64,000 bases of DNA from a virus: positions 1 to 64,000 of the IMG/VR virus record IMGVR_UViG_3300034351_000048; one strand, 5' to 3'. Below, piece after piece: positions 1 to 9,797 of the stretch (the stretch's first letter is position 1; each line of letters starts with the position of its first letter). The position numbers were made by a program, and so were the translations under genes. Under the pieces are notes generated by a model, which had not been told where the DNA came from, did no database searches, and worked only from the letters and a program-made list of their open reading frames with translations.

Positions 1-188
1 AGATAAATTTGGAAAATTTGGAAGAGAATGAGAGAGGGATGCTTACGGATAATCAATTGAATGATGATAAAGTCTTTATACAACAATTTAAAGATGCTAT
101 GAAAAAGCTTGTTATTAATCCCGAGTTGGAAGAAATGGCGGGTAAGGTAATAGATTATGATCCAAATAAGGAGGAAGATAATGAATAA
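1..188 (+). CDS. hypothetical protein, 5'-truncated by window
   Basis: Open frame from position 3 to TAA at 186-188, overlapping the ATG at 181 of the next ORF. Confidence 0.6.
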   Translation, partial: INLENLEENERGMLTDNQLNDDKVFIQQFKDAMKKLVINPELEEMAGKVIDYDPNKEEDNE

Positions 189-498
189 CGAAAAGATAAA
201 TAAAACAATAGAAAATTTAAAAGATATTTTTGAAGGGTATCTTATCTATTGGCAAGATGATTTAATACGTAAATTTGATATAATATATCTTAAAAAATAC
301 GGCTATTATGAAGCATATATAAATTTCAGATATGATAATGAAGTAACATTTTCTATTTATGAAAAAGAGGACGGGTATTATATAAGCGATAATGATATTG
401 ATTACCCATTAGATGAGAGGAATTTATTATTTTTATTAGTAGAACCTTTATTAAACAGGCTTGATTATTATAGAGAACAGGAGAAAGAAGATAAATAA
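181..498 (+). CDS. hypothetical protein
   Basis: Track ORF 157..498; AGGAGG at about 168-173 favours the ATG at 181. Confidence 0.7.
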   Translation: MNNEKINKTIENLKDIFEGYLIYWQDDLIRKFDIIYLKKYGYYEAYINFRYDNEVTFSIYEKEDGYYISDNDIDYPLDERNLLFLLVEPLLNRLDYYREQEKEDK

Positions 499-499
499 C

Positions 500-526
500 G
501 TAGTAATAATCAACTATTATCACGAC
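500..526. repeat. 27-bp inverted repeat site 1 (GTAGTAATAA-tcaacta-TTATCACGAC)
   Basis: 10-bp arms, 7-bp spacer, 1 nt after the stop of the upstream ORF; matches five other sites. Confidence 0.8.
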
Positions 527-609
527 AATAAGAAATAAGAATTTATGGAAAAAAAAGCTAAGGTTTATAAAAGTTATTTAATTTTTCACAAAATAATCTA
601 TGTATAAAT

Positions 610-637
610 TTGACTTATTTCATAATATTATTATATT
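610..637 (+). promoter_or_regulatory. sigma70-type promoter
   Basis: TTGACT-N16-TATATT upstream of the KilA-N gene. Confidence 0.55.
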
Positions 638-666
638 TTAAATATCTAAATTTAAAGGATTATATT

Positions 667-1278
667 ATGAAAACAGAAGTAATAATGAAACGTAAATTAT
701 TTGATAGTGAAATATCACAGAAAAGTAAATCAGAGTTTTTTAGTGCAACTGACTTGGTTAGAGCGGGTAATAAATGGAGAATTAACAATAATATGCAGCC
801 TTTCAATATGAGTGAATGGCTTCAACAAAAAACAACAAAAGAATTTATAAATGCATTAGAAAATAAATATGGAACTGTTAAAATATCAGGTAAAGGTAGA
901 GGTAAGCATACGTGGGTGCATCCTTTCTTATTTATCGATATGGCATTGGCTATAAACCCACAATTAAAAATTGAGGTATATGATTGGTTATACGACCACT
1001 TATTAAAATATCGTAATGATAGTGGAGACAGTTATAAAAGAATGTGTGGGGCGTTATATGAAAATATGACTAATAAAAGAGAATTTCAAAATTATATAAA
1101 AGAAGTATCAAGGGAAATTCGCAAAGCTTGTGGTGTGGAAGATTGGCAAACAGCAACAGAGAATCAACTTGAGTTAAGAGATAAAATTCATGATAATATT
1201 GCTTTATTATCAGATGTTCTTAGAGATAACAAACAATCTGTTAAATTGAGCATATTAAAAACATTTGATAGGAGGTAA
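667..1278 (+). CDS. KilA-N domain DNA-binding protein
   Basis: FFSATDL...WLQQKTTKEFI...GRGKHTWVHPFLFIDMALAINPQLKIEV pattern; AAGGA before ATG 667 (the track TTG at 610 lies in the promoter). Confidence 0.85.
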   Translation: MKTEVIMKRKLFDSEISQKSKSEFFSATDLVRAGNKWRINNNMQPFNMSEWLQQKTTKEFINALENKYGTVKISGKGRGKHTWVHPFLFIDMALAINPQLKIEVYDWLYDHLLKYRNDSGDSYKRMCGALYENMTNKREFQNYIKEVSREIRKACGVEDWQTATENQLELRDKIHDNIALLSDVLRDNKQSVKLSILKTFDRR

Positions 1279-1573
1279 TATGTTTGAAATTTTATATATT
1301 AGTATCGAAATGTTAAAATATATAATAGGGTTTGATTGTAAGATAGAAAAGGAAAATTTCCCAGAAGCTAATTTATTATTTGATAATGGGATTACATCTA
1401 AGATACAAATTCAGGAAGATATCTTAAATCATAATACATATGTTTTTATAAATTTAAATGATGGATATAAGGATGTATGGGAGAAGATAAAATTTGATAC
1501 TATACATAATGATCATTATAATGTAATTAGAAAAGAATTAGAAAGAATAGTTAAAAATTTCATGGCGTATTAG
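1279..1573 (+). CDS. hypothetical protein
   Basis: Track ORF 1265..1573; GGAGG favours a start near 1279. Confidence 0.65.
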
Positions 1574-1582
1574 GAGGATACA

Positions 1583-1957
1583 ATGAAATATATTGAATTA
1601 TATGTGAATAATGAATTTGAGTTTACTATGCCTTTATTTCAAATTCATTATAGCGATGAACTATATGACGAGATGGCACCAAAAGAAAATGCGATACTTT
1701 TATATTTTAGGGATTATGATGATGAGGTGTATCGTGTAAAGATATCAGGAACAAAAGAATATACGCAATATATAGAATTTCTTATAAAGGGGGGAGGTGA
1801 TTTTATCAGGATAGATATAAACACTAAAGATAAAGAATTTTATTACTATTCCTTAGAAGAAAAAGTCCCTACTTTTCAGGTAGTTACACAGAAACTTCGA
1901 GATCATGACTACCACATAAATGAAAATGGTGAGAGTGTATTAGATGAGGAGGAATAA
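1583..1957 (+). CDS. hypothetical protein
   Basis: ORF with AGGAGG RBS. Confidence 0.7.
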   Translation: MKYIELYVNNEFEFTMPLFQIHYSDELYDEMAPKENAILLYFRDYDDEVYRVKISGTKEYTQYIEFLIKGGGDFIRIDINTKDKEFYYYSLEEKVPTFQVVTQKLRDHDYHINENGESVLDEEE

Positions 1958-2127
1958 TGAGTAATTGGTATAAAGTTTATAGATATATCTCTTTACACAT
2001 GGGGTGGTTATATCAAGAAACTGATAGACCTATACCTGAAAATTTATTATCTGATTTATATGAGCTTTTTCCAAAGATAAAGAAAAGAATAATTAAGAAA
2101 TGGTATAAAAACATATTAGAATTATAA
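1957..2127 (+). CDS. small hypothetical protein (56 aa, not in track)
   Basis: GAGGAGG RBS, TAATG overlap, MSNWYKVYRYISLHMGW...LEL*. Confidence 0.6.
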   Translation: MSNWYKVYRYISLHMGWLYQETDRPIPENLLSDLYELFPKIKKRIIKKWYKNILEL

Positions 2128-2136
2128 GGAGGAATA

Positions 2137-2697
2137 ATGAGTGATGAAAATAAGATATTAACATTCAATATAGGTAATAAAATTTATTTTAATGGTGATA
2201 TAGATACAGAAAATGTTAATAAATTTGTAGAAATTTTATATAGTATTAGTGATATTGATATGATCAATCTCGAGAGTAAAACAATAGAATTAAGAATACA
2301 CATAAATTCATATGGGGGTTATTTACATGAAGGTATAAGGCTTATGGAGATTATAAATGCTTATAAAAAGATATATACGGATATAACAATAATAGGCATA
2401 GTAAATTCCATATGTTATTCAGCGGCTGTTATGTTATTATTAACATGTGATAAAAGATATATAGGTAAATTTGGCAGTATTATGATACACCAGAGCCATT
2501 ATGGTTATACAGATTATCACCACCAAAACAAAGCTTATACTGATTTTTCAGAAAACCTTATGAATAAAAAGAAAGAATTTATATTGAGTAAGACAAAGAT
2601 TAATAAAGAACAATTAGAAGAAGCAATGAAAACAGATTTATGGATGGATTGTTATAATGCATTGGAATTAGGATTTGTTGATGAAATTACTGATTAA
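2137..2697 (+). CDS. ClpP-like serine protease (peptidase S14 family)
   Basis: IYFNGDI, INSYGG, CYSAAVML (catalytic Ser), IMIHQ (His), ALELGFVDEI motifs. Confidence 0.85.
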   Translation: MSDENKILTFNIGNKIYFNGDIDTENVNKFVEILYSISDIDMINLESKTIELRIHINSYGGYLHEGIRLMEIINAYKKIYTDITIIGIVNSICYSAAVMLLLTCDKRYIGKFGSIMIHQSHYGYTDYHHQNKAYTDFSENLMNKKKEFILSKTKINKEQLEEAMKTDLWMDCYNALELGFVDEITD

Positions 2698-2787
2698 AAT
2701 TCACTTAGTGTTATCTATCCTATAAGCAAACAACAACCCTTCAATAAATTTTATTTGAATTTTTTTTAATATTTTTTATAAATTTTG

Positions 2788-2846
2788 TTGACTTTTTATA
2801 ATTATGTAATTATATTATTATATGTAAGACTTAAGAAAGTTTTACA
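2788..2846 (+). promoter_or_regulatory. strong early-type promoter with 5' hairpin
   Basis: TTGACT-N17-TATATT followed by TGTAAGACTT-aaga-AAGTTTTACA; near copy at 9709-9767. Confidence 0.75.
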
Positions 2847-2874
2847 ATAAATAAAAAGATAAGAGGTAAGAAAA

Positions 2875-3828
2875 ATGAAAAAATTAAATAATTTAAAAAA
2901 AGAATTAGAAGAAAATAATTTTGGGGTTGTATTATCAAACGGTGTTATGACAATAACACATAATGCTTATGATGTTACATATAATGAATATGAAAATTTT
3001 GTTGTAGAGAAACTACGACAATTTACACTAACAAATGATGAGAGATGTGTTGGAAACAGTAATATCCATTACAGCACTCAATTTGGTGGAAGTTGGAAAT
3101 TTTATAGTCACTATGTTACGGATGGCTGGTTAAAAGTCGTTTTTGCCGAAACTAACAAAGACGATGAAAAAATAATTTTCTTATACAAGAACATTAAAAA
3201 TATTGAAATTGAAAATATCCTAAAAAAGGAAGAAAAAGAACGACAGAGAAAAAAAGAAGAAAAACTACGAGAAAAAGAAGAACAACAAAAGAACTATAAA
3301 AAGCTGTCATTCTCAAACGAAAACGAAATTGAAATTTTTTTCAAAAACCTTGTAGAAAAAATAAATGGAACCCAATTCGATTATATTGGGTTTAACATGG
3401 GTAAATTAGAAGAAACTTTTCAAATTTTGTTTATAAAAGAAGATTTAATCGTAATTGAAAAATTATGGGAAAAAAATTATAATAATATTTGGAAATATAC
3501 CAACATTAAAAAATATTGGGATGAGTCAATCTCATTTTCGGAAATGAGGAACTTTGACAATTACTCATACACCTGTCATAACCACAAAGATAGATGTAAT
3601 CATGCTATTAGGCAGGATCGGCACTACTCTCTCTTAATGAAAAACGGCAAGGCTGTTAAATCCAATAACCATGGCGGTAAAATAGACTGGCAGAGCTATG
3701 TAAAAAAGCATAGTAACAACGCCATAGTAATAACAAAGGATGAATGGGATTTTGACGATGCCCCAATCTCCTCTTATATGGAAATGCATCTTTATTATAA
3801 AGGCAAAATCATTAGAACTGTCTTATAA
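2875..3828 (+). CDS. hypothetical protein with own promoter (317 aa)
   Basis: ORF with GAGG RBS and a central charged coiled coil. Confidence 0.75.
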   Translation: MKKLNNLKKELEENNFGVVLSNGVMTITHNAYDVTYNEYENFVVEKLRQFTLTNDERCVGNSNIHYSTQFGGSWKFYSHYVTDGWLKVVFAETNKDDEKIIFLYKNIKNIEIENILKKEEKERQRKKEEKLREKEEQQKNYKKLSFSNENEIEIFFKNLVEKINGTQFDYIGFNMGKLEETFQILFIKEDLIVIEKLWEKNYNNIWKYTNIKKYWDESISFSEMRNFDNYSYTCHNHKDRCNHAIRQDRHYSLLMKNGKAVKSNNHGGKIDWQSYVKKHSNNAIVITKDEWDFDDAPISSYMEMHLYYKGKIIRTVL

Positions 3829-4038
3829 TCTAAAATGCCGGAGTTACAAACATTCTAATTAATTACAAACCCCGTAAATTTCGATACCTTTTTGTTACTT
3901 ATCACATTACATATCTATACTACAAAGCATTTCACAAAATATTATCTATTCAACACAAACAAATTTTAATAAAATTCTTTACAAACCCGTGAATTTTTAG
4001 TAATATTTATATATATATTAAAATTTTTGGAGGAATTT

Positions 4039-4218
4039 ATGAATAATAAGAAAGAAAATCAACCCCCAAATCTAAGAGAAGCTACCACATGCACAGATTG
4101 TAAACATTATAAATATCAAGATTTGGGATGCGGAGAATGGGAAGAAATTTGTCAAAAATATGATTTTATAATAAACGAATATTTAATTTGTGATGATTTT
4201 GAGGAGGTAAGTAAATGA
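4039..4218 (+). CDS. small Cys-rich putative metal-binding protein
   Basis: PPNLREATTCTDC...C...ICDDFEE; GGAGG before ATG 4039. Confidence 0.7.
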   Translation: MNNKKENQPPNLREATTCTDCKHYKYQDLGCGEWEEICQKYDFIINEYLICDDFEEVSK

Positions 4219-4511
4219 ATAAATATAAAAAAATTGTTAAAGATATATGTAAAAATTTGGATATAAATTATTTTAAGATAGAATATAAATCAGAAAGTGA
4301 AAATGTTGTTGATTTTTATGTAAGAATGAATGATGGGGATTATACTTACTCTTATTATTTTCTTATAGGAGAAGCACCCAGATGTTCTTTACATCTAAAA
4401 ATAGATAAGGCAAATGATTGTATATTTAGAAATGTTTATTATAAATTAGATGATTTTAAATTGACTTTAGAAACTGTGATGAAATTATTATTATGTAGAG
4501 ATAATTATTAG
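4215..4511 (+). CDS. hypothetical protein
   Basis: ORF; its last codons (CRDNY*) are encoded by repeat site 2. Confidence 0.7.
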   Translation: MNKYKKIVKDICKNLDINYFKIEYKSESENVVDFYVRMNDGDYTYSYYFLIGEAPRCSLHLKIDKANDCIFRNVYYKLDDFKLTLETVMKLLLCRDNY

Positions 4512-4521
4512 TTATCACTAC
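4495..4521. repeat. 27-bp inverted repeat site 2 (GTAGAGATAA-ttattag-TTATCACTAC)
   Basis: Overlaps the stop of 4215..4511; followed by an AAGGAG RBS. Confidence 0.8.
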
Positions 4522-4540
4522 AAACAAAAAAGGAGATGTT

Positions 4541-5020
4541 ATGTTACCACAATATTCATTCGAAACGATACAAAAAATGAGAGAAATCGAATTAGAGAAT
4601 AATTTAAAAAATAAAGAATTTGATTCTTTATTAAATAATTACAAATCAAAAAAAGTATGTGATTTTGTTATTGGAGACCAAATTAAAATCAAAGATGACT
4701 TTTATTATGGTTCTTGGTTTTATGAACATTGGGATTTAAATTCTTTGTTAGATAATCGTAGATATGATTCACCTACTTATATAAGTATGAAACATGATGT
4801 CAATAGAGAAATGAGATCGATAGAAAAATTCAGGAATTCTTTTAATCCTAATGAATTTATAGATTCTTTAAAAGGTAAAATCTTTATTATAAAGGATATC
4901 GTATTTACAAAAGAAGGTATGTATTTTGATCAACACGTTATAAGAATGCATATCCAAGATGAGAATTATAGGAGTTATTATATAACTGGTTATGAAATAG
5001 AAAAAACCACCCACGATTAA
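4541..5020 (+). CDS. hypothetical protein
   Basis: ORF with AAGGAG RBS. Confidence 0.7.
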   Translation: MLPQYSFETIQKMREIELENNLKNKEFDSLLNNYKSKKVCDFVIGDQIKIKDDFYYGSWFYEHWDLNSLLDNRRYDSPTYISMKHDVNREMRSIEKFRNSFNPNEFIDSLKGKIFIIKDIVFTKEGMYFDQHVIRMHIQDENYRSYYITGYEIEKTTHD

Positions 5021-5029
5021 GGAGGGATT

Positions 5030-5353
5030 ATGAAGGGTAAAGAATATGTCATGATAGATAATAAAAAATATTATTATGATTATATTATATTTGATTACAG
5101 GGATTTAATCGAAAACCCACCAATTGATAATTTGTATAACATTCATTTCTATAGATACATACCTATGTTTTTACGTATATATCGCACGAATCCAAGAAAT
5201 GAAGCTTATGTAGTAGGGTTTTCTATAAAAATAAGTAATGAGAATCTTTGTAAATATATAAATTATCGTAAAAAAGATTATAAAAAGTATGTTATAAATT
5301 ACATAAATAAACACTATAAAAATGAACTAAAAATAAATTGTCGTGATATGTGA
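5030..5353 (+). CDS. hypothetical protein
   Basis: ORF; its last codons (CRDM*) are encoded by repeat site 3. Confidence 0.7.
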   Translation: MKGKEYVMIDNKKYYYDYIIFDYRDLIENPPIDNLYNIHFYRYIPMFLRIYRTNPRNEAYVVGFSIKISNENLCKYINYRKKDYKKYVINYINKHYKNELKINCRDM

Positions 5354-5366
5354 ATATTATCACTAC
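5340..5366. repeat. 27-bp inverted repeat site 3 (GTCGTGATAT-gtgaata-TTATCACTAC)
   Basis: Overlaps the stop of 5030..5353; followed by an AAGGAGG RBS. Confidence 0.8.
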
Positions 5367-5380
5367 AAAGGAGGATATTT

Positions 5381-6363
5381 ATGCTTAATTTCAATACAAT
5401 TGCTTATTATAGATTAGAGTTTCTTTCCTATAAAGATTGGTATAATTTCTATATGTATTATAGTTTTAAATACTTTCCATTTGAGATAGATTCTTTAAAT
5501 ATAAACGTATTAGCAAATGTAGTGCATAACCGAACTATAAAGGGCATGTATTGTAATTATTTTCAAATGTGATAAGGAGAAAAGCAATGGCTAAAAAAGA
5601 AATAGAAAATTTAAAAAAGCATAACAAATTTAAAGTATATGAGGAAGATGGGTATGAACATCAACAAAGATGTAAACTAAGTTTATACAATCATGGTTAT
5701 AGAACACCTATTAACGGTTGTTCAAATTGCAAATATTATATAAAAGATAAAGGTTATCGAAATAAATATAAGTGTGAAATATTCGATATACAAACAGATG
5801 CGGTTGGTATATGTGATTTATATGAAGATTATTAAGGAGATATAAAATGAAATTATTATTACGAATTTTAGACTGTATCGTTATCAAATATTTAAAAAAA
5901 TATTATAATATTATAATAGGGTATGATGAAAAAAAGGAACTTAAGGGTTTAGCCTTACGCAACAGAGTATCGGGTAAAGTTATTTATACAGATAAATATA
6001 TAAAAGATATGGAGAGTAAAAATAATGAATAAATAGGAGGTTCAAATGGCTAAAAAAATGCTATCTTATAAATTCGATGGAATATATGAAATAGTAAATT
6101 TCTTTTATTGTGTTATAGACAATTTTGAATTGAAAATCCCTTTATCCTTTTTCAGAAAATATAATTTTATATTGCGGATAATGCATGACAAAGAATGTGA
6201 TGATAAAGGAAGGATATTACTATATAATAATATAGAAATAATATTAAATCAATTATTTCAAATTAATAATAAATCAAATTTAAAATTTTTCGATGGGGGT
6301 GGGCTATATTATATAATTGATATAAACAAAGAACAAATAAAATTTAAATTATGTATAAGGTAA
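5381..6363 (+). CDS. run of four small hypothetical genes (5381-5572, about 5587-5835 Cys-rich, 5847-6032, 6046-6363)
   Basis: Tightly packed ORFs, each with a GGAG-type RBS. Confidence 0.6.
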
Positions 6364-6523
6364 TATTATGACAGAACTAAAAATGCCGAATAGTAAATTA
6401 AATAAAATACTCAAAAAGAGAACTAACAAAAGAATTAGATATAGTAAAAAGACTTTAATTAATTATGGTGGTTATAAGAAATGGTATGATAAGTGGGGAT
6501 TAATTTAGATTTATATAAACATA

Positions 6524-6787
6524 CTATTCTATATAATGATCATATACAGTAATATACCCATTCGGTACAATCAATCCATTATAATAATCAAAGTTTTCAC
6601 ATATATCATCAAACATATCCGCAAGTTTATTTAAATCTTCTAATGTATTTAATTCTATCCAAATTGAAGTGTTATTAGTAGTATTTTCGGGATCATAAGA
6701 TGTTTTAAATACATGTTTTAATATTTTATTATATCCAGTTAAGGCTTCCTTTTCATCCCATCTTGAAGAACGTAATTTGTAAATCAT
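6524..6787 (-). CDS. hypothetical protein
   Basis: ORF with GGAG RBS. Confidence 0.65.
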   Translation of the reverse strand: MIYKLRSSRWDEKEALTGYNKILKHVFKTSYDPENTTNNTSIWIELNTLEDLNKLADMFDDICENFDYYNGLIVPNGYITVYDHYIE

Positions 6788-6936
6788 TCTATCTCTCCTA
6801 TTTTAACATTACAAAGCTATTAATTTCTTTATTTAAATTATTTAATTTTTTTAGTAGGTATCGTGTATATAACTATAGCTATTATACTAGCAATAATACA
6901 AAACCCCAAAATATATAGTGATATCATAATCACCTC

Positions 6937-7305
6937 CTAATTCGATTTGAAATGATGTTTACATTCAGGAATATCAATATTTTTATATTCATTTGTCTTT
7001 ATAAATTCACTTTCAAAATTCAAATTATCTTTATAAATATATAATTCTATATTCTCACCTTGAAAGTTATGGCCTGCTAAACAGGGTATAACAGGCTCTT
7101 TCAAACTTGGTTGTTCTGGAGCTAACATACATATGAAAAAAGCAACCGCTATAAAACAAAAAATAACGCCTATAACCATTATAAAATCTAACCAATCGGG
7201 TATGTGCTTACCTATTCCACATAATATAGATGGAAGACCTAAACATAAAAATATTACCACACAACACCCTAAAAACCCAAATAAATATATTAAATTACTA
7301 CTCAT
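6937..7305 (-). CDS. membrane protein, two predicted TM helices
   Basis: Two hydrophobic N-terminal stretches; GGAGG RBS. Confidence 0.65.
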   Translation of the reverse strand: MSSNLIYLFGFLGCCVVIFLCLGLPSILCGIGKHIPDWLDFIMVIGVIFCFIAVAFFICMLAPEQPSLKEPVIPCLAGHNFQGENIELYIYKDNLNFESEFIKTNEYKNIDIPECKHHFKSN

Positions 7306-7314
7306 AGAACCTCC

Positions 7315-7770
7315 TTATACAAACCATTCAGGCTTTTTTGTTTTCCAAGATACCATGTATCTCTTTTCATTCATATATAAATCTCTATAAGCTGTTACAA
7401 CATCCTTGTGTTTATGTTGTTCAGTAGTAACATTGGCAAAAGGTGTTAATCCTATTGGTAAATCAGGTGGAGTTAATGTTAAACACATATTGTAGGCTTT
7501 GTGGTTATAGCCATGATTAAATCTTTTTCTATACTCATTGTTAAGATGTTTTGTAAGCTCTCTAAGATACAACCAATTTGTTTTACTTTCATTACACCAC
7601 TTAACAACAGGGTGATATTCATGTGTCATTTTATACCCACAATCCAGGCCGTTTAATCGGCACACAGTAGACAATATCTGTGTATATTCTGTAATCATTT
7701 TTATTACATGTTTATCGCAATGGTAAGAAGCATTAGTTTTTGGATCTAAGTCTAAAATAAATATGTTCAT
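7315..7770 (-). CDS. pyrimidine-dimer DNA glycosylase (T4 endonuclease V-like)
   Basis: MNIFILDLDP...HCDKHVIKMITEYTQILST...HPVVKW...AYRDLY...W signature. Confidence 0.85.
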   Translation of the reverse strand: MNIFILDLDPKTNASYHCDKHVIKMITEYTQILSTVCRLNGLDCGYKMTHEYHPVVKWCNESKTNWLYLRELTKHLNNEYRKRFNHGYNHKAYNMCLTLTPPDLPIGLTPFANVTTEQHKHKDVVTAYRDLYMNEKRYMVSWKTKKPEWFV

Positions 7771-7779
7771 ATAAACCCC

Positions 7780-8413
7780 CTAAAATAAATTCAATTGATC
7801 TTGTAAGTTCATTGGTAAATATTTAAGGAATTCGTTATCTAAGATCAATCTTATATCCTTTTCAAGCTGTTTCAATTCAGGTTCGTTAATGTCCCATTCC
7901 TCATACTCACATTCTATTAACGATTCGATTGTTTTTTCTAAATTAGAATCAGTTTCTAATATCAGTTCATAATACCATGAATGATGATAGTTTATATTAA
8001 ATTCATCTTCAATCAAATAATTTAATTGTGTTTCTATATGATTTTTGAATGTTTTGTAATTATCGTATAGTTCTAAAGTTATTTTTGTTAATTGTTTGTC
8101 TAAGCTATTCATAATCATCTCCTTATTTTACCCATTCTGTTTTTATTAATTTTTTATAAATATCTATTAATTCTCTTACTCTGTTATTCCATCCAATATA
8201 ATTAGTAACATAACAAACCCGTTTTTCACTATATTCCATATTTTTTATTTCTTCTTTTATTTTTTCAAATATTTCATAAGAACTTCCATGCATATCATGG
8301 CTTTCGTAATATTTCAAATCAATATTACGTTTCATATAATGTTCATACAACATATCTTCTAATGTATGAATCATCCATTCTTTTTCATTTGCATATAAAC
8401 TTAAATTATACAT
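7780..8413 (-). CDS. two hypothetical proteins (7780-8118, 8123-8413)
   Basis: ORFs with GGAG RBS. Confidence 0.6.
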
Positions 8414-8493
8414 ATAAAATCTCCTTTTTTATAATAATATAGGGTGATGTTTGATCTCCACCACCCCGATCTATGTTAATGCTTATATTAACA

Positions 8494-8522
8494 ATAATAA
8501 TCATTTTATTATAAAAAGTCAA
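8494..8522 (-). promoter_or_regulatory. sigma70-type promoter
   Basis: TTGACT-N17-TATTAT, TTGACTTTTTATAAT class. Confidence 0.65.
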
Positions 8523-8534
8523 CAAATTTTAAAT

Positions 8535-8566
8535 AAAAAAATAGGAGTATAAAATAATATACTCCC
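8535..8566 (-). terminator. intrinsic terminator
   Basis: GGGAGTATA-ttattt-TATACTCCT followed by ATTTTTTT. Confidence 0.7.
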
Positions 8567-8666
8567 GAAATGTTTTTTCTGAGGTAAAGCAAAGCAATGA
8601 ATTCAAAGAATTCCATATTAAAATAATAAAATTTGTGGAATTTACAAATATTTAAGGTAAGAATTT

Positions 8667-9467
8667 TTAATTTTCAATCAATTTTAAGTATTGGTTTTTG
8701 TCTTTTTCACACATACACTTAATGTAATCATCACTTTCTATTTCTTTTGGTTTATCTTGACCTACCAATGCACCGAGTTTTTCCATAATAGCTTTTATAT
8801 TTTGGTAAATTTCTTTATAAGGAATACCCTCATCTATTTGTTTAATCATTTCTTTCATTGAGGTGCTTTCAGCAACTGTAATCTTAGCTAATTGAACATA
8901 ATCACAACAATCCCTAAGATTTTTATTGATTTTGTTTAGAGAATCTACACGAAATAAAGCTTTATTTATCATTTTTGTGATTAACATAAAGTATTTATCC
9001 GCGTGTTTACTTCCATTTTCTTCCGCATATTTCTGAAAAGCACGTATTCCATCTGTTAATTCATGCCTTTGTAGTTTCCCTTTTGTTCTTGCGTCAATCC
9101 ATTCTTGGTTATGATGATTTTCTTGTATATTTCGTAATTGTTTATCACGTTCAATAAAATATTTTCTTATACATCTTGCTAAATTATTATTTTCAGTCAT
9201 ACCAAGTTCTTTTGCCATATCAATAGATACATGATATTCTTTTTCAGGGCGGCCTTTAGATTTAACGTCATTTTTGACGATAATTATATAGTCTTCTTGT
9301 TCAATAAACCCATAATCCTTGATTCTCCTTTGTATCCATTTAGAGAATTCAGTTTTTATTTCTAAATATTCCCATAAATCCCTTGAATTTACAGTGTCTA
9401 TTTGTAATTTTTTGTTGTTTTCGATTTTTACTAAAGATTCAAACTCTTCTTTTTTAAATTGTTTCAT
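8667..9467 (-). CDS. AntA/AntB-family antirepressor-like protein
   Basis: VNSRDLWEYLEIKTEFSKWIQRRI..YGF...DY...EYHVSIDMAKEL...RKYFIE; paralogue of 59365..60198. Confidence 0.85.
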   Translation of the reverse strand: MKQFKKEEFESLVKIENNKKLQIDTVNSRDLWEYLEIKTEFSKWIQRRIKDYGFIEQEDYIIIVKNDVKSKGRPEKEYHVSIDMAKELGMTENNNLARCIRKYFIERDKQLRNIQENHHNQEWIDARTKGKLQRHELTDGIRAFQKYAEENGSKHADKYFMLITKMINKALFRVDSLNKINKNLRDCCDYVQLAKITVAESTSMKEMIKQIDEGIPYKEIYQNIKAIMEKLGALVGQDKPKEIESDDYIKCMCEKDKNQYLKLIEN

Positions 9468-9591
9468 AGTGTGAGTTCCTCACCATATTAAAATATCATT
9501 CACAAAGTGAACGTAGGCACATATTCCAATATGGTGAGTTTAAATGAGTGCCCATTTAGCCTAAAACCACCAATATTTTTATATGAACCTA
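9468..9591 (-). ncRNA. structured 5' leader A (candidate RNA switch)
   Basis: Long hairpin, loop UGGGCAC complementary to downstream GUGCCUA, small hairpin CGUUCAC-UUU-GUGAAUG, and CUCACCAUAUU pairing with RBS-proximal AAUAUGGUGAG. Confidence 0.7.
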
Positions 9592-9597
9592 CTATAT

Positions 9598-9626
9598 AAT
9601 ATACAAAATTTATCCAACAAAGTCAA
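9598..9626 (-). promoter_or_regulatory. sigma70-type promoter of the antA leader
   Basis: TTGACT-N17-TATATT. Confidence 0.7.
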
Positions 9627-9708
9627 ATTTTAGAATTCAAACTCTATCAATACTGAAAAGATTTTATAAAAATTATAAAAAATTATTTAAATTTATTTTA
9701 CAAAAGTG

Positions 9709-9767
9709 TTGACTTTTTATAATTATATTAGTATATTATTATATGTAAGGCTTAAAAAAGTTTTACA
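9709..9767 (+). promoter_or_regulatory. strong early-type promoter with 5' hairpin
   Basis: TTGACT-N17-TATATT; 9694-9737 is a 44-bp perfect inverted copy of 16974-17017. Confidence 0.75.
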
Positions 9768-9797
9768 AAAAAATTAAAAAAAAGAGAGGTAAAGAAA

